This document shows positions 21,201 through 28,747 of a DNA stretch of 64,000 nucleotides, in pieces. Each line of letters starts with the position of its first letter. Positions within the stretch are counted from its first letter, which is position 1. Under the pieces are notes generated by a model. That model was not told the DNA's origin. It saw nothing but the letters and a program-made list of their open reading frames with translations, and did no database searches. The stretch comes from Thermoplasmatota archaeon (GTDB lineage: Archaea > Thermoplasmatota > Penumbrarchaeia > Penumbrarchaeales > Penumbrarchaeaceae). The stretch spans positions 32,001 through 96,000 of the forward strand of contig CBDDUX010000040.1 of NCBI GenBank assembly GCA_965234725.1, read 5' to 3'. The translations under genes and the position numbers were made by a program.

Positions 21201-21895
21201 TCCGGGACATGGTTCATTTTGATCTTCAGGATCGGATTAATGAACATGTCCTCCTCGGAATCGTCCAGATCCTTCATCATCGCCTTTTCATCATGGGGCC
21301 AATCATAGGACCCGATGATCATGTTCATATGGGACGGGTTTTGAGGTCTGATCTGAAATGAGATGTACACATATTCTGATGTTGTGTTCAGGTCAAGGTG
21401 GAATGAACTCTTGACAGCTGTCTTTGAAAATGGAGAGAGATCGGTGGTATCTTCCAGACCATCATTGTCATTATCACTGTCCCATGCATTGGAAATCCCA
21501 TCTCCATCCGCATCCGTTGGGACATCGATCATCTCCATGCCGTCCGGAAGTCCATCGTTATTGGAGTCCATCTTGTGGGGGTCCGTATTCATTGAGATCT
21601 CAACAGGATCGTTAACCTTGTCATTGTCCGTATCCTCTGAAAAAGGATCCGTTCCTATGACCAGTTCAACCGAATCCGGTATCGTATCCAGATCAGAGTC
21701 GGTCATGTCATTAGTTGCCGAGATCAGATCCTCGACAAGACCGGAAAGGTTCCGGTATGGTCCCGGAACAATGTCATATCTTGTCTGATCCTTCTCCTCT
21801 TCTCCGATCCAACCATGAACAACCGGAAGGAAAACCATGGTCAGAAGAACAGACACACTCAAGATCGAAATATTACGTCTGCGGTTAAAGATCAT
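15269..21895 (-). CDS. giant membrane-anchored surface protein: DxDxDG Ca-binding repeats, fascin-like beta-trefoil, hydrophobic helical region, NHL-like propeller
   Basis: uninterrupted 2,208-aa ORF from ATG 21895 (SD GAGGTG); signal peptide, about 22 D-x-D-x-D-G-like repeats in three blocks, C-terminal TM plus short charged tail. Confidence 0.85.
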   Translation of the reverse strand: MIFNRRRNISILSVSVLLTMVFLPVVHGWIGEEEKDQTRYDIVPGPYRNLSGLVEDLISATNDMTDSDLDTIPDSVELVIGTDPFSEDTDNDKVNDPVEISMNTDPHKMDSNNDGLPDGMEMIDVPTDADGDGISNAWDSDNDNDGLEDTTDLSPFSKTAVKSSFHLDLNTTSEYVYISFQIRPQNPSHMNMIIGSYDWPHDEKAMMKDLDDSEEDMFINPILKIKMNHVPDQDDVIDYGIVVDGDTCIIPMFPEREYGQIVALRGKMFIPAGEPTDLDLDLSFEWSVTANTDQKVSSIKANNGKYLSSADNGKPNANASSISDHQGFVIEELGSDQIAFKAMNGNYLGTDGSGFLTASWNELGDNCKFQRSPAGDLEYLITNTGKYLTLQTDGTLKTSTSSSGENSKFKIEDAGIKTQMINLITYPEKFSIVGLRASENFGTELGVFYGNDLEELLMSLVILSRDFMRNDTFQMGDIKSVLSDKNLTLDSVEGTYDHQDEALLDSINRISGEAVSTLPDESILPLITLIEDSSSIMDLRDLDPIDGRSFVIDLGNEPVIRSRMMKTTWYEAPSTDPLDPGELIGEVASWGLNRNTGTDTASLLLFWAIGDSTVISVGDQVTNWNVPEVNLDAYTIGMNIFNTAKWLVGAPMTIMGGFKDIIEIGAKVDILAKAGSYIGDGLKSIITALKIVKVVDTVKDVLKFLDTIGPILDIVGLIIDYGIGVFNLIMICCSNGWDAFSASVATAQFMLQMGYSIVMFLIGLIPIVGTIIGIIMLIADLVDLILTWIPGVSGYQDIIMNWILGLVAGARTFCDLDLEIVSTSMDMIDRTGNGLDAGDRFEMESIVNTSVVRTRWGGKEDVEEGYIKPGYIIYVPSKPAEAGYTGTKWSKRGTYQNVIKETETDQRKDTQWEIGAYVEPGFGMINYPVSTIFKTEYKVFYEEYNYVAFWFPGLWERKNVTDTDYSQMDTMYFDIMPENMDDLSRWGYLKRSDPDGDTLNASQEIGTSQWKWDSDGDGLGDPYELEMGYDPTDPDTDLDGLNDRLEVKKGMDLRNDDTDNDGLTDYLELEGWVVNFTYDGTPFYWHIVSDPTLNDTDGDGINDLMEFYCNLNPLSMDTDGNGTNDLLTDYTTIDIVEDEVIGDDESRKFAECNEMAVGPDGSFYIKGYSSDYLLKIDKDGYYKWAVKFTQWSDTYLDEVSSVFIGPNGTVYVGTYGWDGNIKLYLLDTNGNIKAKWYNNHIGTVSTMWVDEEDNVYAMGIGPGEWPYIVVFDPNGTELRYKQLPYYSGPGSIGALEGNSIAVNSFGDIFLLDIKNRVVHVYNPDLTENFTWQVPQFGKPGDIFIDKDDNIYICDEDQTYDRIQVFDRNRRMLAEWNTGLSETSIYVGDDDKIYVGGNTGSGTYKGRIILFDMLTTLHRVDEDLVADDTDSDGLPDDEEMVGWLCNSTTPEGDVSEIVLSSPKIFDTDDDGLNDSYEKYLLTDPNSTDTDRDGLGDLFELENGTDPLHFDSDRDTLSDSLELAWGGDPLLYDTDGDGLSDKWEFLLGTNPRDPDTDDDGLSDNEEKQMGYDPLDPDPDRDSLFDNEELELGTNAYKSDDDGDGIPDGIEMIYETDPTSGDSDGDLLPDGFEIEMKLNPINNDTDGDGMLDSRELEIGYNPFSRDSDGDGIPDGSDLDFTVELENITFISDSTKDSDMLKNGLSGQGSVIINELAPDEAEGITDQYIVIVGKPSMDQGTSGNLIYQLLKDTPYLLEAMNSSMENRCVVRYGVWSPNQTVILISKPLQNDHNRILGIFKSIMMSVESGHVVSDYMTPVGFINFDSLDLTRAVDAALFCEFKGNSTAKLELTHLMDPPTPMKVSSGIPLDRYPIDRFIQVDLTGDVEVSWAELRIYYTVDDLDRNNDGDADDTGDIDESTLTIYRLENGTWMNLSSISRVNTTDLNLNGMDYAGYIQIDLDHFSIFGIAGEAFEIGNYSLTIGPIIDENGTVLDNVSVSISLEGFEDSSLSDLDGNTYFILARSSYGIPVVITLFKEGYQNLTYSTNITKEGLLETLPPPMVKIQDVIDNVTVHFILSIGPIRNETGSFLDNCRIVITISTLTLENNTGPDGIAEFNLSKDLLGSDVNISISLDGYEPIQYSTKITMEGLLEEGPPALSLKSEEPPIDEPGSDDDDNGNMIWIIILILVILLISISAIIIISRRSRPAEDEE

Positions 21896-22071
21896 TCCCA
21901 CACCTCTATGGAATACAGTTCTTTCACAGTTTATATATTATTTATAATATATTGTGCTTTCAATTTGAATGTATTTCTAAAAATATACCGATATTATTGA
22001 TGTTTTTTATTGGTCGACGAAGACATTTTCAATAAGGATCAAGAAATTCCAAGGATCAGGATCAAGTATCA

Positions 22072-22434
22072 TCATTCAATACGACAATCAGAACAGTCCA
22101 GATGCTCACACACCTTGTTATCGACCTTCCACTTAAGGGCCCAGCACTTGAACTGCTTGATCACATCGATGAGCTCGGATCCGCTTTCGGTCAGATCATA
22201 TTCAACTTTTATTGGAACCTGAGTTGAATCAACTGATTTTGTGATCAGTCCGGATCCTGCAAGCTCCTTCAATCTCTGGGAGAGGACCTTTGGTGTAATG
22301 TCGCAAAGACCGTTCTTGATATCAGTGTACCTTTTCGGTCCCCCTCCTCCCCTGTGGATCTCGAGGAGGATCACCATTGACCATCTCTTGGCTATCAGGT
22401 CGATGGTCTTATATACTGTGCAGTCCGAGTGCAT
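22072..22434 (-). CDS. HxlR-family winged-helix regulator
   Basis: N-terminal Cys (DCTV), KRWSMVIL, ITPKVLSQRLKEL, PIKVEYDLTESG; Cys-rich tail CEHLDCSDC. Confidence 0.9.
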   Translation of the reverse strand: MHSDCTVYKTIDLIAKRWSMVILLEIHRGGGGPKRYTDIKNGLCDITPKVLSQRLKELAGSGLITKSVDSTQVPIKVEYDLTESGSELIDVIKQFKCWALKWKVDNKVCEHLDCSDCRIE

Positions 22435-22440
22435 GGTATA

Positions 22441-22511
22441 CAATTAGATACTCTCTAATTGATATACTTTTGTATCATTAGGGTAGTAGATAGCAAAAAG
22501 ATACCAGGTGA
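22441..22511. promoter_or_regulatory. divergent hxlR/hcp control region with palindromes
   Basis: CAATTAGA-N5-TCTAATTG (22441-22461), ATAC-TTTT-GTAT (22464-22475), SD AGGTGA before hcp. Confidence 0.5.
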
Positions 22512-22516
22512 ATAGA

Positions 22517-24151
22517 ATGTTTTGCAACCAGTGTCAGGAAACTTTGAAGAATGAAGGGTGCACCCAGAGAGGTGTTTGTGGGAAGACAGATGATATAGCC
22601 AATTTTCAGGACCTAATGATCCATTGTATGCGTGGTGTTTCATACTTTCAGGTCCTTAAGAGAGAAGAAGGTCATCCCGACAAGGATGCAAATGAGATCA
22701 TCATGGAAGCTCTCTTTGCAACCATTACCAATGCTAATTTCGATAGGAACAGAATGATAGGGTTCATTCAGGATTCTATAAAGATCAGGGACAGGTTGAG
22801 GAAGGAACTGGAAGGAACAGGGCATGAATTCCAGGACCTCCCGGACCATGCGGTCTGGAAATTTGAAGATGAGGAACAGGCCCTTGAGAAGTCAAGGACC
22901 ATTGGTCATCTGTCCATAGAGAACGAGGATATCAGGTCCCTGTCATTGTTGTTGCTTTATGGTGTCAAAGGGATCTCAGCCTATCTTCATCATGCATATG
23001 TGATCGATTCCACAGATGAGGATATCTTCGCTTTCATGAACAAGGGTCTCCTGGCATACAGGGATCCTGGAATGGATATTGGATCTTTATTGAACCTTGT
23101 AATGGAATGTGGCGAGATCGGTGTCAAAACAATGGCATTACTTGACGAGGCGAACACCTCCAAATATGGAGTACCCACACCTCATAAAGTAAACATCGGG
23201 GTGAGGAACAATCCAGGCATCCTGATATCCGGTCATGATCTGAAGGACCTTGAAGAACTGCTAGAGCAGACAAAAGGTACAGGTATCGATGTGTATTCAC
23301 ATGGTGAGATGCTACCGGCAAATTACTACCCATTCTTCGAGAAGTATGACAATCTGGTAGGTAATTACGGAAGCTCCTGGTGGTATCAGATCAGGGATTT
23401 CGAGACCTTCAAGGGTCCAGTACTGCTAACGACCAACTGTCTTGTCCCTCCTCTTCCTTCCTACAAGGATAGGGTTTACACAACCGGTACAGTCGGATTC
23501 GAAGGAGTTCCCCATATACCTGACAGAGAACCGGGAAAGACGAAGGATTTCTCTTCTATCATTGAACATGCCAGGAAATGTGACCCTCCACAGGAGCTTG
23601 AGACCGGTGAGATCGTCGGAGGTTTCAACCACAGGACCCTTTGGGATGTCAAGGACAAGGTCCTGGAAGCTGTGACAACTGGCAAGATAAAGAAGTTCTT
23701 CGTAATGGCGGGATGTGACGGTAGACACAAGTCAAGGGAATATTATTCGGAATTTGCGAAGGCCCTTCCCAAGGATGCTGTCATCCTGACTGCTGGTTGT
23801 GCAAAATTCAGGTATAATAAATTGATAAAGGATGATATCAACGGTATCCCCAGGGTCATTGACGCGGGTCAGTGCAACGATTCCTACTCTCTTGCAGCCT
23901 TTGCTTTGAAACTTGCCGACCACCTTGGAGTGGATGTCAACGAGCTACCCATCGAATACAATATCGCATGGTATGAACAGAAAGCTGTCCTTGTTCTTCT
24001 GGCTCTCCTTTCATTGGGTGTAAAGAACATTCGTCTGGGACCAACCCTTCCAGCTTTTGTATCACCAACTGTCCTGAACGTTCTTGTGGAGAAGTTCCAG
24101 CTGGGTCCGAATACAACCGTTGAGCAGGACCTTGCTGAGATGATGGCTTGA
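22517..24151 (+). CDS. hcp: hybrid cluster protein (hydroxylamine/NO reductase)
   Basis: MFCNQCQET...[47 protein letters not shown]. Confidence 0.97.
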   Translation: MFCNQCQETLKNEGCTQRGVCGKTDDIANFQDLMIHCMRGVSYFQVLKREEGHPDKDANEIIMEALFATITNANFDRNRMIGFIQDSIKIRDRLRKELEGTGHEFQDLPDHAVWKFEDEEQALEKSRTIGHLSIENEDIRSLSLLLLYGVKGISAYLHHAYVIDSTDEDIFAFMNKGLLAYRDPGMDIGSLLNLVMECGEIGVKTMALLDEANTSKYGVPTPHKVNIGVRNNPGILISGHDLKDLEELLEQTKGTGIDVYSHGEMLPANYYPFFEKYDNLVGNYGSSWWYQIRDFETFKGPVLLTTNCLVPPLPSYKDRVYTTGTVGFEGVPHIPDREPGKTKDFSSIIEHARKCDPPQELETGEIVGGFNHRTLWDVKDKVLEAVTTGKIKKFFVMAGCDGRHKSREYYSEFAKALPKDAVILTAGCAKFRYNKLIKDDINGIPRVIDAGQCNDSYSLAAFALKLADHLGVDVNELPIEYNIAWYEQKAVLVLLALLSLGVKNIRLGPTLPAFVSPTVLNVLVEKFQLGPNTTVEQDLAEMMA

Positions 24152-24172
24152 GAAATTATTGGTGGTGATATT

Positions 24173-24511
24173 GTGGAGATCGTAGTCCCGGAAGATTTGG
24201 ATGTAAAACAGACCCCCCACAAGGTGGATGTAAGGTCCCTTTACGACCATGAGAATGCACATGCGGTCCTCATCACCTTGAAGGAGGGGGAATCCCTCCT
24301 TCCCCACATCACTCCTGTGGATGTTTTCTTTTTCATCCACAGGGGGAAGGGGCAGGTAATGGTGGGTGATGAGGTGAAGGATGTAAGAGAAGGAATGCTA
24401 ATTAAAAGCCCCAAGGACATTGTTCATTCCCTCATAAATCAAAAGGATCCTATTTTTCAGGTTCTAGTTGTCAAAGCTCCAAGGCCCACGGATAAGACAA
24501 GGATCATTTGA
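24173..24511 (+). CDS. cupin-domain protein
   Basis: LLPHITP...GKGQV...SPKDIVHSLIN cupin motifs; directly downstream of hcp. Confidence 0.88.
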   Translation: MEIVVPEDLDVKQTPHKVDVRSLYDHENAHAVLITLKEGESLLPHITPVDVFFFIHRGKGQVMVGDEVKDVREGMLIKSPKDIVHSLINQKDPIFQVLVVKAPRPTDKTRII

Positions 24512-24512
24512 A
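24468..24512 (+). repeat. direct repeat copy 1 (3' end of cupin gene)
   Basis: TTGTCAAAGCTCCAAGGCCCACGGATAAGACAAGGATCATTTGAA; 42/45 identical to 28478-28522. Confidence 0.9.
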
Positions 24513-24653
24513 AGGACCTTCGCTTTTATGGGGATAGTAAAAGAATCATTCCAATCCTTATTTGTAGATAAGTTTGAAATAATATCTTTATGTTTGATAG
24601 AACTGTAAGATTAATATTATGGGGGGGATGTTAAGATCATATCCTAGAGGCGA

Positions 24654-24818
24654 ATGTTTTTCAAGTTCTAAATGGTCCTAACCCTGGTTCCTTTGCTAAT
24701 GCTTCCATTATCAAACCTTTTGATCCAGGGAGAAGGTACTGCTGAATCGGGTCGACCTCCAACACCTCCGAGGAATCTGTAGGGATTTTTAGTAAAAGAT
24801 GCGTTTCAATTCACCTAA
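24654..24818 (+). pseudogene. decayed signal peptide + FN3 start, paralogous in type to the downstream FN3 gene
   Basis: MFFKF*MVLTLVPLLMLPLSNLLIQGEGTAESGRPPTPPRNL*GFLVKDAFQFT*; PPTPPRNL resembles an FN3 first strand; three in-frame stops. Confidence 0.55.
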
Positions 24819-24889
24819 ATAGACAATATTGAAATAGTGTTGACATTGTTTAAACGATTGCAGGTTCACGGAAGAAAGGAGATATCCTG

Positions 24890-26062
24890 ATGATCAAGAT
24901 AATTAGAAGATCATTTCACCTGATCCCCTTGATCACTCTAATTTCACTTTCCTTTTCCTCTGGCCTTTATGTTTCCAATTCAAAAGCCGAGGATCAAGAG
25001 GATGTTGGATTGCATGTTCCCAATGTTCCCCTGAATCCTGTTGGTTTTGCAGAGATCGAATATTGTGAATTGACCTGGGATCCTCCGATGGGACATGAGA
25101 ATAATTCCTTGATCGGTTACAGAATATACCGTGGAACTACATACAACAGTGATCATTTTTTCAAGGATATCGGACCAAATGAAACCAGATTCGTTGACAC
25201 AGATGTCCATTTTGTAGGAGGATATTACTACTGGGTTTCAGCATTCAATTCCCATGGTGAATCTGACAAGGTTAAATTCGATTGGTTACTACCAATATTA
25301 CCTCCTACGAAACCAGGTAATGTAAAGATCACTAAGTCAGAAGATAGTTTGAAGTTGGAGTGGAAAAAATCGTCTCAGAATGTAAAGTTCAAGGTTCAAT
25401 ATTTGATCATGAGGTCTACTAATTATGAAGAGAGATTCAGCAACATCGGAATTGTGAACCACAATCATATGGCCGAAATCCATTACTTTTATGATTCTTA
25501 TTTGATCAGAGGGAATACATATTCATACAAGATAATTGCAGAGAACGATCATGGATTGAGAAATGAAAGTGAGGTAGTGACAATAGATCTCAAAGGACCT
25601 CCAACAAGTGTTAACGGATTATATGTAAGAGATACTGAAAACTCTATCACTTTAATGTGGGATAAACCTGCCAATAATGGGGGAAGCGACGTCCTGGGTT
25701 ATATTATACAGAAGGGAAGGAATTATGACGATCAGGTCGAAGTTGACAGACTTCCTGCTGATGTGAGGACCTGGGAAGACCCCGATCCATGGACAGACAG
25801 ACCAAATTACTACCTGGTCATTCCCTATAATATTCATGGAGAAGGGGATGAATATCATGCTTATGCTGATCTTTCAGATGATGAGATCCCGGAGGATATG
25901 ATAAGCTGTTTCGCTGTATTATTTGCTATTATGATCATTCCTGGATTCATTACCGCAGCTATAGCCCAAGGTTATGATAAGAAGAAAAGAAATGAGAAAA
26001 AGGAGAAAATGGAAGCAGAACTTGAAGGAAAGGGAATTGAAAATAAGACGGAGGAGAAATAA
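24890..26062 (+). CDS. secreted protein with three fibronectin type III domains and a C-terminal TM anchor
   Basis: LTWDPP..GYRIYRG..YYYWVSAFN; LEWK..YSYKIIAEN; LMWDKPANNGGSDVLGY; TM followed by basic tail. Confidence 0.85.
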   Translation: MIKIIRRSFHLIPLITLISLSFSSGLYVSNSKAEDQEDVGLHVPNVPLNPVGFAEIEYCELTWDPPMGHENNSLIGYRIYRGTTYNSDHFFKDIGPNETRFVDTDVHFVGGYYYWVSAFNSHGESDKVKFDWLLPILPPTKPGNVKITKSEDSLKLEWKKSSQNVKFKVQYLIMRSTNYEERFSNIGIVNHNHMAEIHYFYDSYLIRGNTYSYKIIAENDHGLRNESEVVTIDLKGPPTSVNGLYVRDTENSITLMWDKPANNGGSDVLGYIIQKGRNYDDQVEVDRLPADVRTWEDPDPWTDRPNYYLVIPYNIHGEGDEYHAYADLSDDEIPEDMISCFAVLFAIMIIPGFITAAIAQGYDKKKRNEKKEKMEAELEGKGIENKTEEK

Positions 26063-26697
26063 TGGTATCCAGGAGAATATCTATCCTGATATCCGCTCTC
26101 CTTCTTGTATTGATATTGATCCCTGGTTCACAAGGAGCCTCATCTTCGGAGGTATATACCTTTGAAACCACAAATGTAAGTGGGAATACTATCCTCTCCA
26201 TGTCAGTTCCTGATGTGATATATCAGGATATCAGTATTGTATTCGATATCATGGAGATTGACAGAAATGTGACTAGCATAGATTTTACAATGACAAATGG
26301 TGAATTGGGATATCTCGACGAATATGATATGGAGAGATCAGCAAAGCATCCAGATGCATATTAAAGGTGGGATGGCCAAGAGAATGGTGACCTTTTAGGT
26401 ACCGATAACAGCTATAGAGAGACTGTTGGATTCATCATATATGGAGAATATCTGGACAAAGATTTTGAAATGATCCTGAATTTACAGATAAAAAACGGAT
26501 CCCAGGTCCTCTATACCGAGACACATTCATTTTGGGTAATCGGGGAACCAATTGTCATTGAAGGTTACGATCCGAATGGGGATCTGGACTTATTCAATAT
26601 GTATACGACGGTTTTCGTTATCTCTCTAGCAATTTGGATCGTTATCATCTTCTTTGCAATTCTTATTAGAAAGATTGTGAAGGGGGAGAGAAAATGA
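26062..26697 (+). pseudogene. secreted TM-anchored protein interrupted by one in-frame TAA (26362-26364)
   Basis: track ORFs 26062-26364 and 26470-26697 are in the same frame with only one stop between them; read-through gives a 211-aa signal peptide / ectodomain / TM protein. Confidence 0.75.
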
Positions 26698-27467
26698 TAG
26701 AGTTGTGTCTTCTACTCATTTTTACATCACCCTTCATCTATTACGGAGTAGCCATCAATTATTACCTTAAGAATAAAGAAGCCAGGACCTTCTTACAGTT
26801 AGTGGTCTTCCCACTCCCAGCCATGGTTTTCATCAGTTTTCTTCTCTATGAATTATTCAAAAGCCCAGACCACTATGATAAGCTAATAAACATCCTCATA
26901 TGGATCACAGTTCCAATTGGATTGGGGATAATTGTCCATGCTATCTTTGAAAAGGACCTGTCAAGATTCTCCTTTCTCACAAGGATACCATCGGCTTTGA
27001 TCCTGATCTTTATTCCATTTATTATCTTCGAACCTGATCTATTTGAGATGATAGCTCCATGGGCTTTTGCAGTTGCTGGAGCATTGATTGGGATCTATGG
27101 TTATGTAAAATTTTACAAGGGAAAGAAGATAGGGCTTCTGTATGGATATCTGGCTATCTTCTTTTTTGTTGCAGCACCTTTGATCTGCATGGCGATCTCA
27201 ATAGCATATTTCGAGATAGCGAAGGATAATGTGATCTACAGAAGGTCCAGCTGGGGGAGTGAATCATGTCATGATGTTGCATTTCCAATTTTCATATTGG
27301 AAGAAGGATTCATCAAACCTCTTCTTTTTTCAGCCGGATATCTTGGTCTGATGGGTATTGTTGCAGGAATCAGAAAGAAGGCACTTGAGAAGGAGCTAAG
27401 GAAAGAAGGATTGATCCCGGAAGAATTCGATAAGGTTCTGAAGGCGAAGGAGAAGGATGATGACTAA
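26694..27467 (+). CDS. multi-pass (about 7 TM) membrane protein
   Basis: hydrophobic helices, a loop SSWGSESCHD, basic tail; overlaps both neighbours. Confidence 0.8.
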   Translation: MIELCLLLIFTSPFIYYGVAINYYLKNKEARTFLQLVVFPLPAMVFISFLLYELFKSPDHYDKLINILIWITVPIGLGIIVHAIFEKDLSRFSFLTRIPSALILIFIPFIIFEPDLFEMIAPWAFAVAGALIGIYGYVKFYKGKKIGLLYGYLAIFFFVAAPLICMAISIAYFEIAKDNVIYRRSSWGSESCHDVAFPIFILEEGFIKPLLFSAGYLGLMGIVAGIRKKALEKELRKEGLIPEEFDKVLKAKEKDDD

Positions 27468-28452
27468 GATCACTCTCATTCAGGTCGTTCTTGAGGTAAC
27501 TTACAGATGCGATTCAGCCTGTGTATTCTGTTACAACTGCTGGAAAGATGATTATGATCCAGGTCCTGAGTTGAGTGTTGATGAATGGCGACCATTGATA
27601 GAGAAGATGCCGGATGTTAAAAGATATACAATTTCAGGTGGAGAACCTCTTCTGAGAAAGGACCTTTTCGATCTGATCGACCTTCTTCAGGAGAAGGTCG
27701 AACACGTTTCTGTATTGACAAATGGTATCCTGCTAGATGATAAGTGGGCAAAGGGATTCAAGAAGAGAGGGGTTTTTGTTCAGGTTCCTCTTCATGGATT
27801 AGAACAGACCCATGATGAATTGGTCGGTGTGAAAGGTGGATTCAGAAAGGCTGTGAGAGGGATAGCTTATCTGAAGAAACATGGACTTGATTATGCCGTA
27901 TCCGTTGTTGGTAATAAGAAAAATATTGGTGAGATCAAGAAAGTATTCGAACTTGGGGTTGCTCTTGGAGCTTCTGAACTGTTGGCCATCAGGTTCCTCC
28001 CCGGAGGAGAGGGATTGAGAAACACTGACCTCATGTTGAATGCTGAAGAATACGGAAGATTTTTATTTGAATTCGACAAGATCCTGAACCGATACAGGAT
28101 TTATGGAAACATGGGTGTCCCGAACATACCCTGTAAATTCCCAGAGGATAAGTTCAAAGCTCTTTATATGACGGGTTGTAGCGCTGGTGTAAATTGGGTG
28201 ACTCTGGATCCAACAGGTAGAGTCCGGGTATGCAATCATTCCCCTACCATTCTCGGTGACCTGAGAGAACAGGATTTCGAAGAGATATGGGAAAATCCGA
28301 TCCTGAAAGAATTCAGGGATGGAAAGATGATACCAAAAGAATGCAATGGCTGTGATAAGATTGATAAATGCAGAGGAGGGTGTAGAGCAGTCGCTGAAAC
28401 CCTTTATGGAGATTGGAAAGCTCCCGATCCATTATTCAAATTATTGCCGTGA
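27457..28452 (+). CDS. radical SAM / SPASM domain protein
   Basis: CDSACVFC, ISGGEPLLR, LTNG; SPASM CSAG...VCNHS...CNGCDKIDKCRGGCRA. Confidence 0.93.
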   Translation: MMTKITLIQVVLEVTYRCDSACVFCYNCWKDDYDPGPELSVDEWRPLIEKMPDVKRYTISGGEPLLRKDLFDLIDLLQEKVEHVSVLTNGILLDDKWAKGFKKRGVFVQVPLHGLEQTHDELVGVKGGFRKAVRGIAYLKKHGLDYAVSVVGNKKNIGEIKKVFELGVALGASELLAIRFLPGGEGLRNTDLMLNAEEYGRFLFEFDKILNRYRIYGNMGVPNIPCKFPEDKFKALYMTGCSAGVNWVTLDPTGRVRVCNHSPTILGDLREQDFEEIWENPILKEFRDGKMIPKECNGCDKIDKCRGGCRAVAETLYGDWKAPDPLFKLLP

Positions 28453-28477
28453 AAAATAATGAATGTATTAAGAGTCC

Positions 28478-28522
28478 TTGTGAAAGCTCCAAGACCCACG
28501 GATAAGACAAGGATCCTTTGAA
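28478..28522 (+). repeat. direct repeat copy 2 (diverged cupin 3' end)
   Basis: translates VKAPRPTDKTRIL* versus cupin VKAPRPTDKTRII*. Confidence 0.9.
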
Positions 28523-28660
28523 TTCTTCTACATTATTAACAAGCTTTAGACCAGTCCCAATGGGAAATGAAAATGATTTTTCTTTATAATAATTCAATAT
28601 TCCCTATCCATCATGTTGGAAAAAGATTATTATATTCCTAAGCACAATGGATATGTTGAG

Positions 28661-28747
28661 ATGTCCGAAGACGAAAGAAAACGAGATCTTGAGGTGATCA
28701 GGAAACTCCTTGACGAGCATGAGGATATGCTCGTTTCATTGAGTTAA
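28661..28747 (+). CDS. 28-aa peptide, candidate antitoxin
   Basis: MSEDERKRDLEVIRKLLDEHEDMLVSLS*; BRE/TATA-like AAAAGATTATTATAT about 25-40 nt upstream; stop overlaps the Fic/Doc stop. Confidence 0.55.
   Translation: MSEDERKRDLEVIRKLLDEHEDMLVSLS

Larger units (their letters stand above)
24513..28522. mobile_element. putative ~4 kb genomic island between the duplicated cupin 3' ends (no integrase inside)
   Basis: flanking direct repeat, AT-richer than its neighbours, contains decayed ORFs. Confidence 0.6.

Noticed and set aside
26362..26364. Possible stop-codon recoding or alternative genetic code
   Set aside because: The codon is TAA, which terminates many clear genes here (thyX, pycA, folD, rpl12); no recoding signal seen.
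28459..28521. 20-aa ORF after the SPASM enzyme as a RiPP precursor
   Set aside because: Most of it is the duplicated cupin C-terminus; no SD and no Cys/Trp/Tyr core. Kept only as a remote possibility.
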